64,000 bases of DNA from Hydrolagus colliei (lineage: Eukaryota), in assembly GCA_035084275.1 (NCBI GenBank), contig CM068750.1:9672001-9736000 (forward strand), in the 5' to 3' direction. Below are positions 50,991 through 64,000 of this stretch, piece after piece. Each line of letters opens with the position of its first letter. The first letter of the stretch is position 1. Both the position numbers and the translations under genes were made by a program. The notes below the pieces were generated by a model. The model worked only from the letters and a program-made list of their open reading frames with translations. It was not told the origin of the DNA and made no database searches.

Positions 50991-53900
50991 CGCAGAGTTT
51001 GAAGGTCTTAAATGAAATTGCCTGTCCAACGCATGCATTGATTTTTTAATTTACAATCTACACCCACAGGAGATTTGCATCAGGCATTCCCTACTAACCC
51101 ATAAGGCTAGTAGATTAGATCCGGATGTAGATTTCTTGGCATCGAGCCCTAAACCAAACCAAATGGCAGAGGTGGGGGGTGTTTGTTTTAATCAGAATTT
51201 TGATCAGAGTAAATAGCTGCCTATTGTTCATGCTTCCCCAATCATACTGATTATGCTAGAAGTTTGCTACAAAAGTGAAATAAATCAGAATAAACAGGTT
51301 TCAGTGTTCTAAAAGTCAAATTCAGTTGTAGAATACATCTAATCATACTGATGTTCTGTATATTATTGGCATTTCCTACAGTGGCAGCCTATGTTTTAAA
51401 CAGTGGTATTCAGAAAAGGAGTTCCATATATTACTTCAAGTCGTAACAGGCCTTCCCAGCAAGAAAATGGTTTGGGGGGTGGGGCAGGGCAGAGGGTTAT
51501 GGTGAAAGCTGAGAGTGGGACTCTGAAGAGAAGGAGACTTTCATTATCCCATTAGCATAAGAGAGGTTAAATTATTCATGACATGATCCTATGGGGAAAA
51601 GTAAAGTTAATGCATGTAGTTTTTAACTCTCTTCCTTTCTGCTGCGAGAGTGAACCAATGCTGGATTCAGCATGCAGCCGTTTACTGAAAGCTCTAGTGG
51701 CATGTTAGGAGCAGTTGTGCAATGAACACACTGAGATTCATCTCTAAGCACTGCTCTCAACAGAAACCATCTGGAAAAGTTCCAAAAGGTGATTAAACAA
51801 ATTGATCAGCATTAGTTGCTGTGTCACATGTCCAAAATTGTGGATTAAAAAAAAACATCTGACCTGGGCCAAACTGCAAACGTCATCCTTTTGGAGTGTT
51901 CAGATACATCCATGCCATCTTTGTAACCGTATGGCCTATAATCACGAACAGGTTGTGTAAATGGCCTTCTCAGTAGCACTGTCTGTTCCCATGGTACAGC
52001 ACACGTCATATTAACTAGGTCAGTCTTAAGTTACTAGACAGAGGGAAAAAATTACCAAAATTATTCTTACAACAGGCACAGGGAATTTATGCTAAAGGGA
52101 AATGAAGTGCAGTTGGAAAAAAATTTCTGGCAGCTAAAAGAGAGCCATACTAAAATATGTTTGATGCGGCTTGCAACTTGAATATACAACTAGGAGATAA
52201 TTTTTAAGTGCCATTCCTGGAGGTTAAAAGTAGAAGTGGTTTTGCCTCCTGTTTGAGGGAAAACATACATATTTGTGGAATATTGAGTCAAGATAACAGG
52301 CGAGTGGGACAAGGTCAAGACCATGGTTCAAATATACTGAATAACTGCTTTAACCGAGCATGCAATATGATTAAACGAGAGGCAGTGGAATTTATGTTTG
52401 GTAATAGATTATTCTGATGCATATTTTTGAAATGTTTAGTTGAGTGACAGTGAACTGCATTGAAAGTTAACTGAAAAACATTTATGGCTGCTGGCAATAT
52501 AACTTTTGCAGTAAAGCCAACACTTAGGAAGCAGGTCTGATATCACAGCATGATGCCAGCAAATTTAGAACTTGTGTCCTCTTAGATAACAGCTAAATGA
52601 ATCGAATTTACTTCAGAATTAGACTTACACTTGTATCGTGAACAACCAGCCTTCTCATGTCATGGTGGGGCTCCGTTATCCTTCATTAGGGATGAGAAAC
52701 ACAATTCATTCAAGGAAACACCTGCAGGCTGACTTTAAACCCAGCCTGACCACTCCATTGCTGCCTTTATGGTGCGTGTATCTGGGAATTAGCATTGGCA
52801 GCAAAGCTCACTGTGACTTTAGTTTTAATGTACTGTATAATCCAAAAAGGCGTTAAGTCAGCACACAAGATACATTTTGGGAGAATGAACTGGCCTTCTT
52901 AAATACAAATGGTCAGACTAGTTATTTATATTTTTAGAAATTTGACAAATAGGCTGAGTTCCAATACCATGTTTTTTTGGTTGCTTGATAGATAAATTCG
53001 GTCTTCTGCAAAGGAAAAGTCATCTTTGCCATCTTCTACTAGGTCAGTTGTTTTATACCCACCAGTGTGATGATAATGCATGCAAAGACCAGAAATAATT
53101 TGTAGCACATTTCTAATTGTTCAAGGTACTTAATTTTTCATAGATTTAGAACTTGATTGCTTAAATTTTGCAAAGAAGTAAAACAAGTCTGCTGCATGTT
53201 CTTCCTAATCAAACTTTTCGTGTGACTTTTAGTTTAAACTTTTTCTTTAATGCCTTTGTGGAAAAATATGTTAAAAAAAATTATTGATTTCAAAAGTTAA
53301 ATGTTTGCTTTTGTGTTTAAACTTGTTTGCATGTGTTCGTGGTACAAACCTTGCATGTGTCAGTCTGAGGAGTGAATTGCGGTCCACAGAAAAGAGCAAT
53401 TAATGGCCTCATGTTTATCAATGTGCAAAAACAAATCTACAGTTTTGTAATGTGTGAACAGCTTTCATCTTGGCTACAGTTTGGATTCTAAAGTGTTAAA
53501 TAGTCTAAGAATAAACAGTCAGAGAGACTGGTATTGTAGATTCAGACAAAATGTAAGATGTGATCCTGTTTTAATTTCTCCTAATTTCTGCCTTATTTTC
53601 TCTTATTTAACAAAGTTTTCTCATTATGAACCTTTATAATCTCTTCAAAGTCTTAAAGCATAATATGATTTGTGCAAAATTTCTTTCATGTCATCCAATG
53701 TTCTTGGATTTACTTTCACTGTTACATGATGAATGGTATGAAAGTATGGTTTCCCACTCAAGATTAAAATAATTAGGAGTCCAACTCTTACCTGGGAGGT
53801 AAATGTTTCTGACTCGCAGCAAGCAGCAGATTTTGAAAGTGAAAACTAAACTGAAGCAGTCTAACTGCTTATTTTACACACAGCTTCTCCTCCCCCAACA

Positions 53901-54639
53901 CTCCTTTTTCTCACACACAACACGCTGCTAAGCTGATGTGGATCCCTATGACCACAGCCAAACATAAACACATTTGACTTCAGTCCAGTTAATATGCCCA
54001 AACAATTTCTGGTTCACTAATTTTCAAGCCTACATGATGCATTCGCTGGTTTAAACAATCTGAATGGTAGCAGATCACACGCTGTCCTCATTTATTTGGC
54101 CTACAGACGAGGCTTTCCTCTGAACGTAAAGGGTAATTCTGAATTTAGAATGTTATTAATTTAATTGACTACCACAGAAACAATATTATTATAAAACTAT
54201 TGTCTGCACTAGCAAAAATAGTTATGAGTTGCTGTGCTTTTAATGCTCAAAGAGAAATGTTAAATTATTATTTGTTATGTGTCCTTTAAAATGAATATAA
54301 AACTGATATTGAGAGCCTTTTACTAGGTTATTATTAGAAAGATTGGGACTGAGGTTACAGATATGAATCTGTAATTATGAATCTGTAACTACATTGCAGT
54401 TTGGTGTCCTTGCAAAATGAGCTCTTCTGCTTGGTTTAACAATATAACAGTCTGAAAGATTGTAATCAAAGTGCTTTGGATTTTTACTATTTCTGAGCAA
54501 GATGTTATTAATTGTGCTACAGCACAAAGTAAATCATTTTTTCTAAAGAACTCCAATTGAGTGTCAAGAGCACCATTTTGACAATTTCCTTCAGTTACAT
54601 ACTGACAGAATCATTTTCATTCCACGCTCTCTAATTTTT

Positions 54640-55050
54640 CCCCCTCCTCCCTTGAAGGCATTGGGCGACTGTGCTAGGGTACGGTATCACAGGCATCGAT
54701 CATCCGTCAATATCACATCAAAGTAACCATGCTTAATGTGTGAGCCTGGATAGTGAGTGTCACCAGACTATGCAACTATGGGCTGATTCACAGCCAAACC
54801 ATTTCATGTCATCGCTTAACATTGAGACGCATGTACATGTTCCATTATGGGTCACTGGATAATGATCGGGAGTGGTAGCCTTAGATGATTTCCCCCCACC
54901 TCGGCCAGGCACATTGAAGCCAATTGTAGCACCTCTATTTTCATCCCGGTTGAGATGAGCTAACTCAGCACCAACAGAGCTTTGAACCGGAGACCTTCCT
55001 GACCTTTGCGGCTTAGTTTCAGATTGGGTACTTGTTTTACCAACGGTGTG
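54640..55050 (-). mobile_element. Ancient tRNA-SINE, AmnSINE2-like, near full length
   Basis: Minus strand caggaaggtctccggttcaaa...gtgctgagttagctcatctcaaccggg...ctacaattggcttcaatgtgcctgg...ctcccgatcattatccagtgaccc matches the recalled AmnSINE2 consensus; related copies are present in this window. Confidence 0.65.
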
Positions 55051-56469
55051 GTGGGGGTGGGTAGCGGAGAGTGCAGCCAGCATTATTTAAAATTTAAAAT
55101 TAACTGGAAGTTTTGCTGAAAAACAATTGTGGTGCTTAATGAAACACAATATTTTAAAAATAAAAATGTATTCATGCCCTTTTCTAATGTGACATTAAAA
55201 ATATATATTAAACAGCAAATGCAAAAGAGATCTTTGGCAGCAGAATGGATGTTTGGCAACTCCAGCAGTTTAAAAAGTTTATTCACATTCCTTTCCATGC
55301 ATGATCTGTGCATAAGTGCACAGTTTTGAGATCTTATTCATTTGTGGATTTTGTCAGTGACTGCATTCAAGTTAGGCAAATTGGAGTTTCTATCCATAAG
55401 CCAATATCCCTTGTCATATGTCCTTTACAAAATCTTAAGAAATGCCCTTGATGGAGACTGTATGAAAATAATATGCAAACAGACAAACTTTAAAAGAAAC
55501 AACTAAATTGGAAACATATAAGTTGCATGCAAGTGAAAATTGGTCTCTGTTTGATCTGATGCACTAGCATGAGAGTGACTTTAGGAGGATGTACAGTATC
55601 ATGTTTTAGTTCAGATAACAAAGGTGGAAGGGACACGGCTACGTGATCTGCGGAGCCAACTGCTTAAATGTTAACATAAATCCTTTCATTCAAAGGAGGT
55701 GCTGAAAGAACTAATAGGGACAAAATATGCGCTCAATTCTTTATTGTTAGGCTAAGCAAAGGTTAGAAGTAGGCCCAAAAATCACAGGAAAAGTAAAAGG
55801 AACGTGGCTGGACAGTTCCAGTTTGGCAGGAGCATCAACTGGGTTGATGGGTATACAGGTAAAGTTTGACCAAACATTTTTACACAAGATAACAATTGTC
55901 CTTACTGTGAGTTTTTCCACAAACACTCAAAACTAATAGATAATCTGATTAATTTCACTCTGCCGATGTATTGGTAACATCCAAGAAAGGAAATTGGCTT
56001 AATCACTATGTATCAGGAGACCATTTCATTTCTGAATGGAAATTGTAAGATCCGAGCTAAAAGTGACAACCTTTCAAATGAAATTGTATCACCACAAACA
56101 GTACAATAACCAAGAATGTTTTGATGAGTAAATATTCAGCAGGTACTCTTACGACACCTATCAACATTTTTCACAATTGATATTAACAATCAACATATCA
56201 ATTTTGCTGTTTCGTTGGACAATGAGAAGGCCTTTGACAGAATTGAGTGACGGCACCTGGTTAATGTGGTGGGAGGATTTTGCTATCTCCAGTGAGTCAG
56301 AACAATATATGCATCTTCCCTTTGCATTGGTGCTGCCAAAATGCAACATCGCTACTCTGGGGAAGCTGTATTGGGGTGGTAAACATTGTTTCCATTATGT
56401 TTTGGAATGGCACTCAAAGCTTTAGCTATTGCTATTAGGCATCCAGAATTTAGGACTATATACCTTCTA

Positions 56470-56673
56470 CAGCAGAGGGTGGTAAGAATGTAGAATTCAC
56501 TGCCAGAAATTGTGATTGAGAAATTAGTATAAATGTAATTAAGAGAAGACTTGATGCATACACAAGGGAGAAGTGAACAAGTGCGGCAACGAGGGGTGAG
56601 GGCTTGCATGCAGTACAAACACCGGCATGGGCTAGTTGGTCCAAATGGACTTTTTCTGTGCTGTATCACTATG
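56470..56673 (+). mobile_element. CR1 LINE 3' end
   Basis: cagagggtggtaagaatgtagaattcactgcca (QRVVRM*NSLP, CR1 ORF2 C-terminal motif) plus tail aaacaccggcatgggctagttggtccaaatggactttttctgtgctgta. Confidence 0.75.
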
Positions 56674-58384
56674 GAACCCTACATGTTAATGACATTTTGG
56701 TCATGTTCCAAAACCTGAAAAACATTGCTCACAGCTTTGCCATTAGTGTAGGATTTTTGACTGATATCTAAATAGAAATTGAACTGTGCGAAATCTGAAG
56801 CCCTCTCCCTGAACACGAGGAATCATCAGGAGGGCATTGAGAGATAAAATACATTAGGGACCCTCAAGGGAATGATGTGCTTCAGTATTCTGTTGGTCAC
56901 CAATTTATGGATATCAATCTAAGTATCCTATTGATTGATATTTGTCGGGACCTAATGTTATATGCTTCTTTCCTGAAGAAGGTCAGTGCTGTTAAAATGA
57001 ATGCAGTAAACACCCCCAAATATAATGTACTCCATTAGAATGTTGATTTGCTTATGGTTTGACTAGGCTGTGAGCCTCGACATTAAATTGTGGGAAAAAA
57101 ATCAAATATGTCTACAGAAGACTGGCCAGCTCACATTAAAAAGCAGTCAGTCCAAGTGTGCTTAATACAAAATGGCCTACCTTTGGATCATTCAATTGTT
57201 GCCAACAACACTTGATGTCAATGACAACCTCATTGTCAACATGTTGGCTTCTCAGTGGTTGCACCCAGTATAGAGCTGATTTTATTGGCCCCCAACCCCC
57301 AGGCTCTTACAATATGATGCTCAACTAAATTATCTATTTTCCATGTTTCCATATTAAAATAGAAAGAAAATTGGTATGGGAAGGTAACTTTCAGAGGATT
57401 AATCTGGTTAAATTGCAGAGGGATCAAACCAGGTGCTTAAGAGTGTTTAATTTCACATTTTTTAAAGAAATTCTTGAAAAGTGCTTGTGAAGAAAACAAT
57501 CTTTTGAAAATAAATGGAGAGGAGCCATTCCTTGTTCTTTTCTATCCGTATCTCCTTTCTCTCTCTTTCCCCTTTATATATCTACAGTATAAAGTGTAAC
57601 ACTAACCAATATGTTCATGTATGTCAAGTGGGAAACCAGCACAGAGAGAGGGAGCAAAGTTTAAATTCAGAGGTGGAGCAAAAACTGAGTTGCAGTTTGG
57701 GGAGTTCATTATGTCGCATAATTGGGATGGCAGATAATCAGGGCACAGATAAATGTACAATAACATAACTTATTAAGGATAATTTATTACATTAATAAAA
57801 TAGCCTTCCCCCAGTCCTACATATTGAGAGGTGCCATCAATAAATCAACATTTAGTAATCAGTAAGCATTTCAAGTAGCTTGAACCATGCTTCAGCATTT
57901 CTATAACAATGTGCTCATTGTGCTGGGCTGGACATTGGAAATAATGGACATACATAGCCTTTGCTGGGCAGTAAATTGTATTTTGGTTTGTTCATAAAGC
58001 TTGTCAGCCAGGCTGAGATTTGAGCATAGCTGGAATAATTTTCACAACGGTGTTCCACTGCAGATTATCAAGGTCTGCTTGATATAACCGTTTTCCGTTC
58101 TTTTAACTATCATCTACCCTGTTTTTAGCTATCAAAGAACAGTATGCTAATCTCTGGAGATTCTAACACAAGATATTTGAAATGCATAATTAATAGCTGT
58201 ATAACATTTATGAGTATCAAATGTCTGCATTTTAGTTATAGAAACTGTGAAAGACTGTTTTCAAAATCTGCACAAAAAGACTTATAAATGGAATTTTCTC
58301 TTCATTCACAATGCATTGAGGCAGAACTCTAGCCAGGCTATAATTGCAGTTAACAAAATAGTCTGAACCATTGTTTAAATCAGT

Positions 58385-58432
58385 GGAACAGGCTCGATGG
58401 GCTGAATGGCCTCATCCTGTTCCTGTTTTCCT
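58385..58432 (+). mobile_element. CR1-type tail fragment
   Basis: ggaacaggctcgatgggctgaatggcctcatcctgttcct. Confidence 0.6.
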
Positions 58433-58868
58433 GCAGTTTGAGTAATTCCATCTGAGCTAAATTAGGTTTACCTCCACGATGGTGAAAATTTAATATTCAA
58501 AAACTTACATCATATCAGACCCAGCAGAATGTTAAATAATTAATAGGAAATTACAGTACCCATCACTGTAACTAATGGATGACCTCAAAGGAAAAATGTT
58601 TGCATAATTAACTAACAGCGGCAAACTTTTAAACAAGGCACTTCGACCGATTTAGTCCCAATTTGCCAGAGAAACTTTGAAAAGAAATTTAAATTAGCAA
58701 AAAATTATATTGCTTCAATTATACTGGTTTGCAAAATTTTACAGTGTTTTTAATCCTGACCACTGAACATTAAACCTAAGGAGGGTACTACATAACAGAA
58801 GTTGTTGTATGCAATCCAGGGTACAGTCTGTAGACAATTGGGTGCCTGCTCGAGACATCTGTGAATGC

Positions 58869-58882
58869 TGACCTTTTGACCT
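58869..58882 (-). promoter_or_regulatory. DR2 nuclear-receptor element candidate AGGTCA-aa-AGGTCA
   Basis: + strand reads TGACCTttTGACCT; two perfect half-sites in intron 7. Confidence 0.5.
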
Positions 58883-60037
58883 GCAAAGAATGCTCTGGAG
58901 GTGGGGGAATGTAACTACCCTCTATGGCCTGGAGGAGATTGAAAAGTATCCACGAGGATACACAAGAATTCATTAAAATTTTCTTTAACTATTGAATGTC
59001 GACACAATTCAAGAGACTTTTTAAAAAACATAATATCACCCATTCCATTTCCAAATGATTCCCATTGTTAATTTCGAGTGATAAGTTAAGGATCCTTTAA
59101 GTGAAAGGCTAGAGTTCAGGAGATGGCTAGGGTGAGAGGTGAACCATATGACAGGGATTACTGCAAATTTTGGGCACCTGCTTTTCTGTCTGCAGTATTG
59201 TCCTTCTCTCCACTCAACCAAATCTGCAGAATTTCAAAGTTATTCTAGAGCTACATACAAGTTAAAACGTGCACACATTTGCACTAAATAGTTCCCGTTC
59301 TTCGGGGAATTTGAATTCCAACTCAACATGACTGGGTCATTATCAATTGCGTTCAAGGTTATTTGTTATAGCTGCTGTGAGTGTTACCTTTGTGAACTCT
59401 TACATATGATGTCCTTTGACACAGCCTATGAACATTCAGAGAGCATGGTTTCACTGTCAGTTGATGTCTTTTGCCACTTGCCCTACTATTTGATTTCATC
59501 TCACAATGTTGATGTGGATGAAGAGAGCAGAAGCTACTCTTCATAAATGATATTCTAAGTTAAAAGCAGTGTACTAGAAGAAATTGGGCATCAGGTATTC
59601 ACTCCCAAGGGGAATGATAGGTGAAGGGCCTTAACAAGGCACAGGCAACTCTTTCCTGGTGCTCCAGTGCCCTTGTATGCTTGAGCACCGATTTCTGTGC
59701 TAGTTGGGTCCCCTGAGGTCTGGTTGAGCTCCAAGTCGATCAGGGAATGCAGCTGTGTAAAATAAAATGTAGTTTGTAAGAAGCACTCTTCATGTTGGTT
59801 CTGACTCACAGAAGCAGCTGCATACTGACTTTGTATCTGACAGCACAAAGGACAGTGATATAGAAAAGCAAGTAGGCAAGCAAAGAGACAAAAGCAGTGA
59901 TCAGCTAACACAGCTCCACACAGCCTGACTAATTTATGAGAAAAAAACTGTGCTGTTCACTGGATCAGCACTCTAAGGAGGCAGGTGGAATAGTAGGAAG
60001 TTTTCATTGACTCTCCTGAGCAAATGGGGAAGCCACT

Positions 60038-60169
60038 NNNNNNNNNNNNNNNNNNNNNNNNNNNNNNNNNNNNNNNNNNNNNNNNNNNNNNNNNNNNNNN
60101 NNNNNNNNNNNNNNNNNNNNNNNNNNNNNNNNNNNNNNNNNNNNNNNNNNNNNNNNNNNNNNNNNNNNN
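60038..60169. other. Assembly gap (N run) in intron 7
   Basis: 132 N. Confidence 1.
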
Positions 60170-61987
60170 CAGTTACAGCCTAGGTGCTGTGAGGATCATT
60201 TTGGCTTCTTGTAATGAGGAACTGAGGGAGTTTCCTCATGAATGGTTTGGGAATTTGCATTAGTCTGTTTCAAGCTGTGTAGCATCAGTGCTGGTGATTT
60301 AACCTCTCATTCACAAATTTATATTTGATAAATTATCAAATCTATATGATTTACACAAATTCCAGCATTCAATGGATTGAAACAATTAATACCACAATCA
60401 TCAGTGCCATGAGAAAAAGACTTAACCTTCCTGCAGTCCTTTTCTGTGGGCTTAGGACTGATTGGTTTCAAGCTGGACAAACCTCTATTGTACAATTCTA
60501 GGGTCAGGGACCTGCCTGTTAAAGAAACAGTAATTTGAACACAGCCTGTAAACGTTTCATCTGTAATTTCCATAATGGTGAATTTCAAGGAGGGTTGAGG
60601 GGGTTATGGGAGATGAATTAGGTTTTTAGTGAGCTCATTAGGAAGCCAAACAGAGTTTAGACAGCAAGGCAGTGAACGTAGCTGTAATCAGTTCTGCTCG
60701 CTTTGTTCCCTGCCTTCGGGACATTTTTGAAAACTTCATGCCAGGGACTGATGAGAATATGCTGAGAGAGCCTGGAATCTGGAATCTGATGGTTGACTTG
60801 TTGATTTGTAAACCCTTAATTCATTATTTCTCCAATTTAATCCTTTATTTCTTCAAAGAAATTACACGATTAATAAGCCTTCATATCTATTTACACGATT
60901 GCTCTGTAATTCTATTCCAAAGTAATTTCAGTCATTTTAAAATGATAACTTGCTCACATAAGCCTATGACAACCAATTGTCGACTAATTAGTGATTTTTT
61001 TTGTACATTTTAACTGCATTTCATCACTGACTAAACATTTAACTGGCGTGTTATAGCTGAAAATTAATGCTGATTCACAGCTAGCATTATAGATGGGAGA
61101 CTAACTTAAGCTGACTTTTTTTTCCTTCTTCAGAATGCCCAGTTTTGTGGTTTTCAGGAATTTTGTTCTTTAGGAAAATGTATGCATTTTGCTCTGCTAA
61201 TTTTCATGCTCATTTCAATTAATTTAACATGACCCAGATTTCCTTCCTTGGGCTTAGTCTGACTAATTAGGAGTAACACCTAGAATAAAGCATATTTAAA
61301 AACACTGGAGAAATGTAGATCTAAGTAGGTTGCAAACTAAAGTGAGGTATCAAATGACAAAACCAATATTCAGCGGAAGTACCTGATACTGCAAGTATCT
61401 GCTCTGGAGTTTACCTGCTTTAAAGGGTTGTCTCCCTATTTAGAATCCTGGAGCTGTAGTTGAATGCTGCATGAACAATGGCATCTTTGAGGCACAGCAC
61501 CTAGATAACCTCTGGGGCCAATTAGTATAATTTTTGTAGAATTGGCAGGATTGTTCACTTCTCTCAGAAAGGAATGGGGTGGAGTTGTCAAAGAAACACA
61601 AACTGTGAAATCCCTGTTTTGAGCCTGGGCCTTTATTAGGTACTGATCTATGTCAGAGAATTTTGAGACATCAAGAGCTATTATTGTGGCATAACCCCTC
61701 CTCTGTAATTTTAAGCTGACACAATATGTATACAATATTACAAACTTTTAGATTGCTCATTTCGGAATAGCCTTCAGCTAGTGAAGAATGCTTGTCATAC
61801 TGTAAATAGGATGCATTACATTGATCTTACGCTACCTATTCATGCAGCTACAGTATGTAGAATTTTGTTTATTAAAAAAATCTAAATCCTTCAGGTCAAG
61901 GCACTTGTAAAATAAATAAAGGATGCACGTTTGACAGAAACAAGTCCCACACTATTTTCTTACAAGGACAAGTCGGGACACAGAGTA

Positions 61988-62080
61988 ACATAGGAAATTA
62001 GGAACAAGAGCAGGCTATTTAGTCCATCGAGCTGGTTCCACCAGTTTATTAGATGTTGACAGATTTTTAATCTCAATGCC
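61988..62080 (-). mobile_element. CR1-type tail fragment
   Basis: acataggaaattaggaacaagagcaggctatttagtccatcgagctggttcc is reverse-similar to 58385-58432. Confidence 0.6.
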
Positions 62081-63309
62081 TCGCCCGTTTGCCTGGAAGT
62101 ATTGTTTTTGATTTGCATTGCTGGTGTTAGACTGGTTATATTAGTCAGATACTTGATTGTATATACATGCTGAATAAAACGTTTTCAAGTATTGTGACTG
62201 CACAAGTGCTTGTTTCAAAGCAGCCCCCTCCCTCCAGCCGATGGTGCTTTACTATTTGAAGGATAGTAGAATGATAAAAACATGTGATCAGTTGTACCTA
62301 CTAACATTTTATTGGTCAATTGAGGGGATCACAGGTAGCTGAATAGCTGAGTTGATGTATTACATGACATTACTTAGCTTCCTTGTGCTTGACTGTAGTT
62401 GACACAATGCTATTGTACAGTATTCAGATTTTTATGCTGCGTTTGCAACTTCTGCACTAAATCCTATAATGGGCATATACAGGTTTGTAGTGAATTAGAT
62501 AGATTATGAAAAGCATTGTGCTTTGTTTTGTGGTCAGCCAGGTGTCTTGACAAATGCAGAAACCCATCACCACGCTTAAGAGTATCCAAACCAAGCTGAG
62601 ATTTTCATGAACCCCACCTATACATGGAAATTCCAAAGATATTTGTTGGAATGGAATGCGCACTCTCTCCTTGGTGGGGATGCATCCTGCTTACCTAATT
62701 CTGAAACATAGTAGATGATAGATAGCCATAGTTAGCAAGAGCCAGGACTTGGGGATCCCAGAGTGTGCATCGGGGTACCGTTGGAATCTAACCTGCTAAA
62801 ACTGCATATTTTTTTCATTGGGAGTCCCTGCCTGACCAGGTTTCTCACTGCTTGTCCTTCAAGGACCATCCTACTTGTTAGGGATTTGGCTTGCAAGACT
62901 AACGAGCTGAGTGGGAAGAATCTCTGCCCACCCCCCTCCAGTAACTGGTCTGCCCTTCCGAGGGCTGCTGATGAGCCAGCTTGGCTGTCTGTTATCAGCA
63001 GGGCCCTTGACCCACGTGACTCAGTAACTGGACCACTGAGACTGTCACAGAGAGCAGCCTTGATTCTGTCATTCCTTTGCCAAACACGTCAACTTGTAGC
63101 CAGTTCAGCTCCAAGAGGACCCCACTTACTCCACCCGCCCCCAGATGGATAGTCACCATATGTATGTGTACGTATGTATATGTGTGTGTGCGTATGTATA
63201 TATAATATACATACACACATACATATGCTATTCATAATATTTCACAATATTTGCTCAACCAAGTAGTAAAGTAGCCCCTCTGCCATGTGACACCCCACAT
63301 TCTCAGTAC

Positions 63310-63485
63310 CTTTGATGGCCAAGCTTCAGTTTCTGTGTCCCTGTGTCCTTTCTGACTTAAAGTCCCTTTCAAATCCTACAACGTCAAACATGCCTACAGT
63401 CACTTCTCACTTGTTTGGAGCCCCTGTAAGGTACTCTGCAACATTACCACTATGAAGGACGCTATATTAAATGCAAATTGTTGTC
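63310..63485 (+). mobile_element. Degenerate L2-like 3' end
   Basis: ccaagcttcag...cctgtaaggtac...tgaaggacgctatattaaatgcaaattgttgt. Confidence 0.45.
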
Positions 63486-63594
63486 ATTCTGCATATGTGA
63501 GGCTAAATAGAGACTGTCACAATGTTATTGCGGACATCACAACATATATATCATTTTTGTTATAGTCACAACTGAACCCGATTCTATATATAGA

Positions 63595-63680
63595 CACGCC
63601 TTCCAGTTGGGTTCTTGGATAGGGACCAGGAGCAGGAACCCAGATTTCTCTCCTCCCTCCCCAACACTCCATCTCCCGAA
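63595..63680 (-). mobile_element. AmnSINE2-like fragment
   Basis: ttccagttgggttcttggatagggaccaggagcaggaaccc..atttctctcctccct resembles the same body segment. Confidence 0.45.
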
Positions 63681-64000
63681 ACCGGGTACTTGTTCCAGCA
63701 TTCTTATTATCATACATGTAGAAATAATTCGACTGATTTAAGACAACTATAGTTTTGTCCTGATTTATATAGCTCAGTTCAACACCAGCATCTAATTAGT
63801 GAACTGATGAGGATGAGAATTTAATAATATACTGCTGTTTATCAAGGTAGCATCAATTCTAACTGTCTGGGGCGCAGGCTTATCAACACACTAGATTTTT
63901 CTCCTGGTTGAAATAAGTACCCTGATTGTAATCAATTAAGTGTTTATTCTGGACATTTTGTTAATCACCAATTATGGACAGTAAGTTCAGCGCTTGTGAT

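Overview
Vertebrate nuclear genomic DNA: AT-rich, spliceosomal introns, two N gaps. The repeat content (Deu-type tRNA SINEs with GGATTATTA tails, shark-type CR1 tails, a Penelope-like fragment) points to a cartilaginous fish, possibly a chimaera; this is an inference. The window holds about 29 kb of upstream sequence, the promoter/5' UTR and coding exons 1-7 of the TALE-homeobox gene MEIS2 on the + strand (30444-45820; 754 coding nt, all GT-AG, phases consistent). I found no exon 8 or homeodomain exons, so the rest of the window is probably intron 7. Almost all other listed ORFs look spurious. I found no new protein-coding system. The best leads are non-coding: a 16-codon uORF next to a perfect PBX-MEIS decamer; a roughly 17 kb AT-rich but CpG-retaining, repeat-poor domain; perfect DR5 and DR2 nuclear-receptor elements; TGACAG clusters; a palindromic Tigger-type MITE whose two arms carry a jerky-like transposase N-terminus; and ancient LF-SINE-like and AmnSINE2-like copies. 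Family names and comparisons with human come from recall, not database searches.
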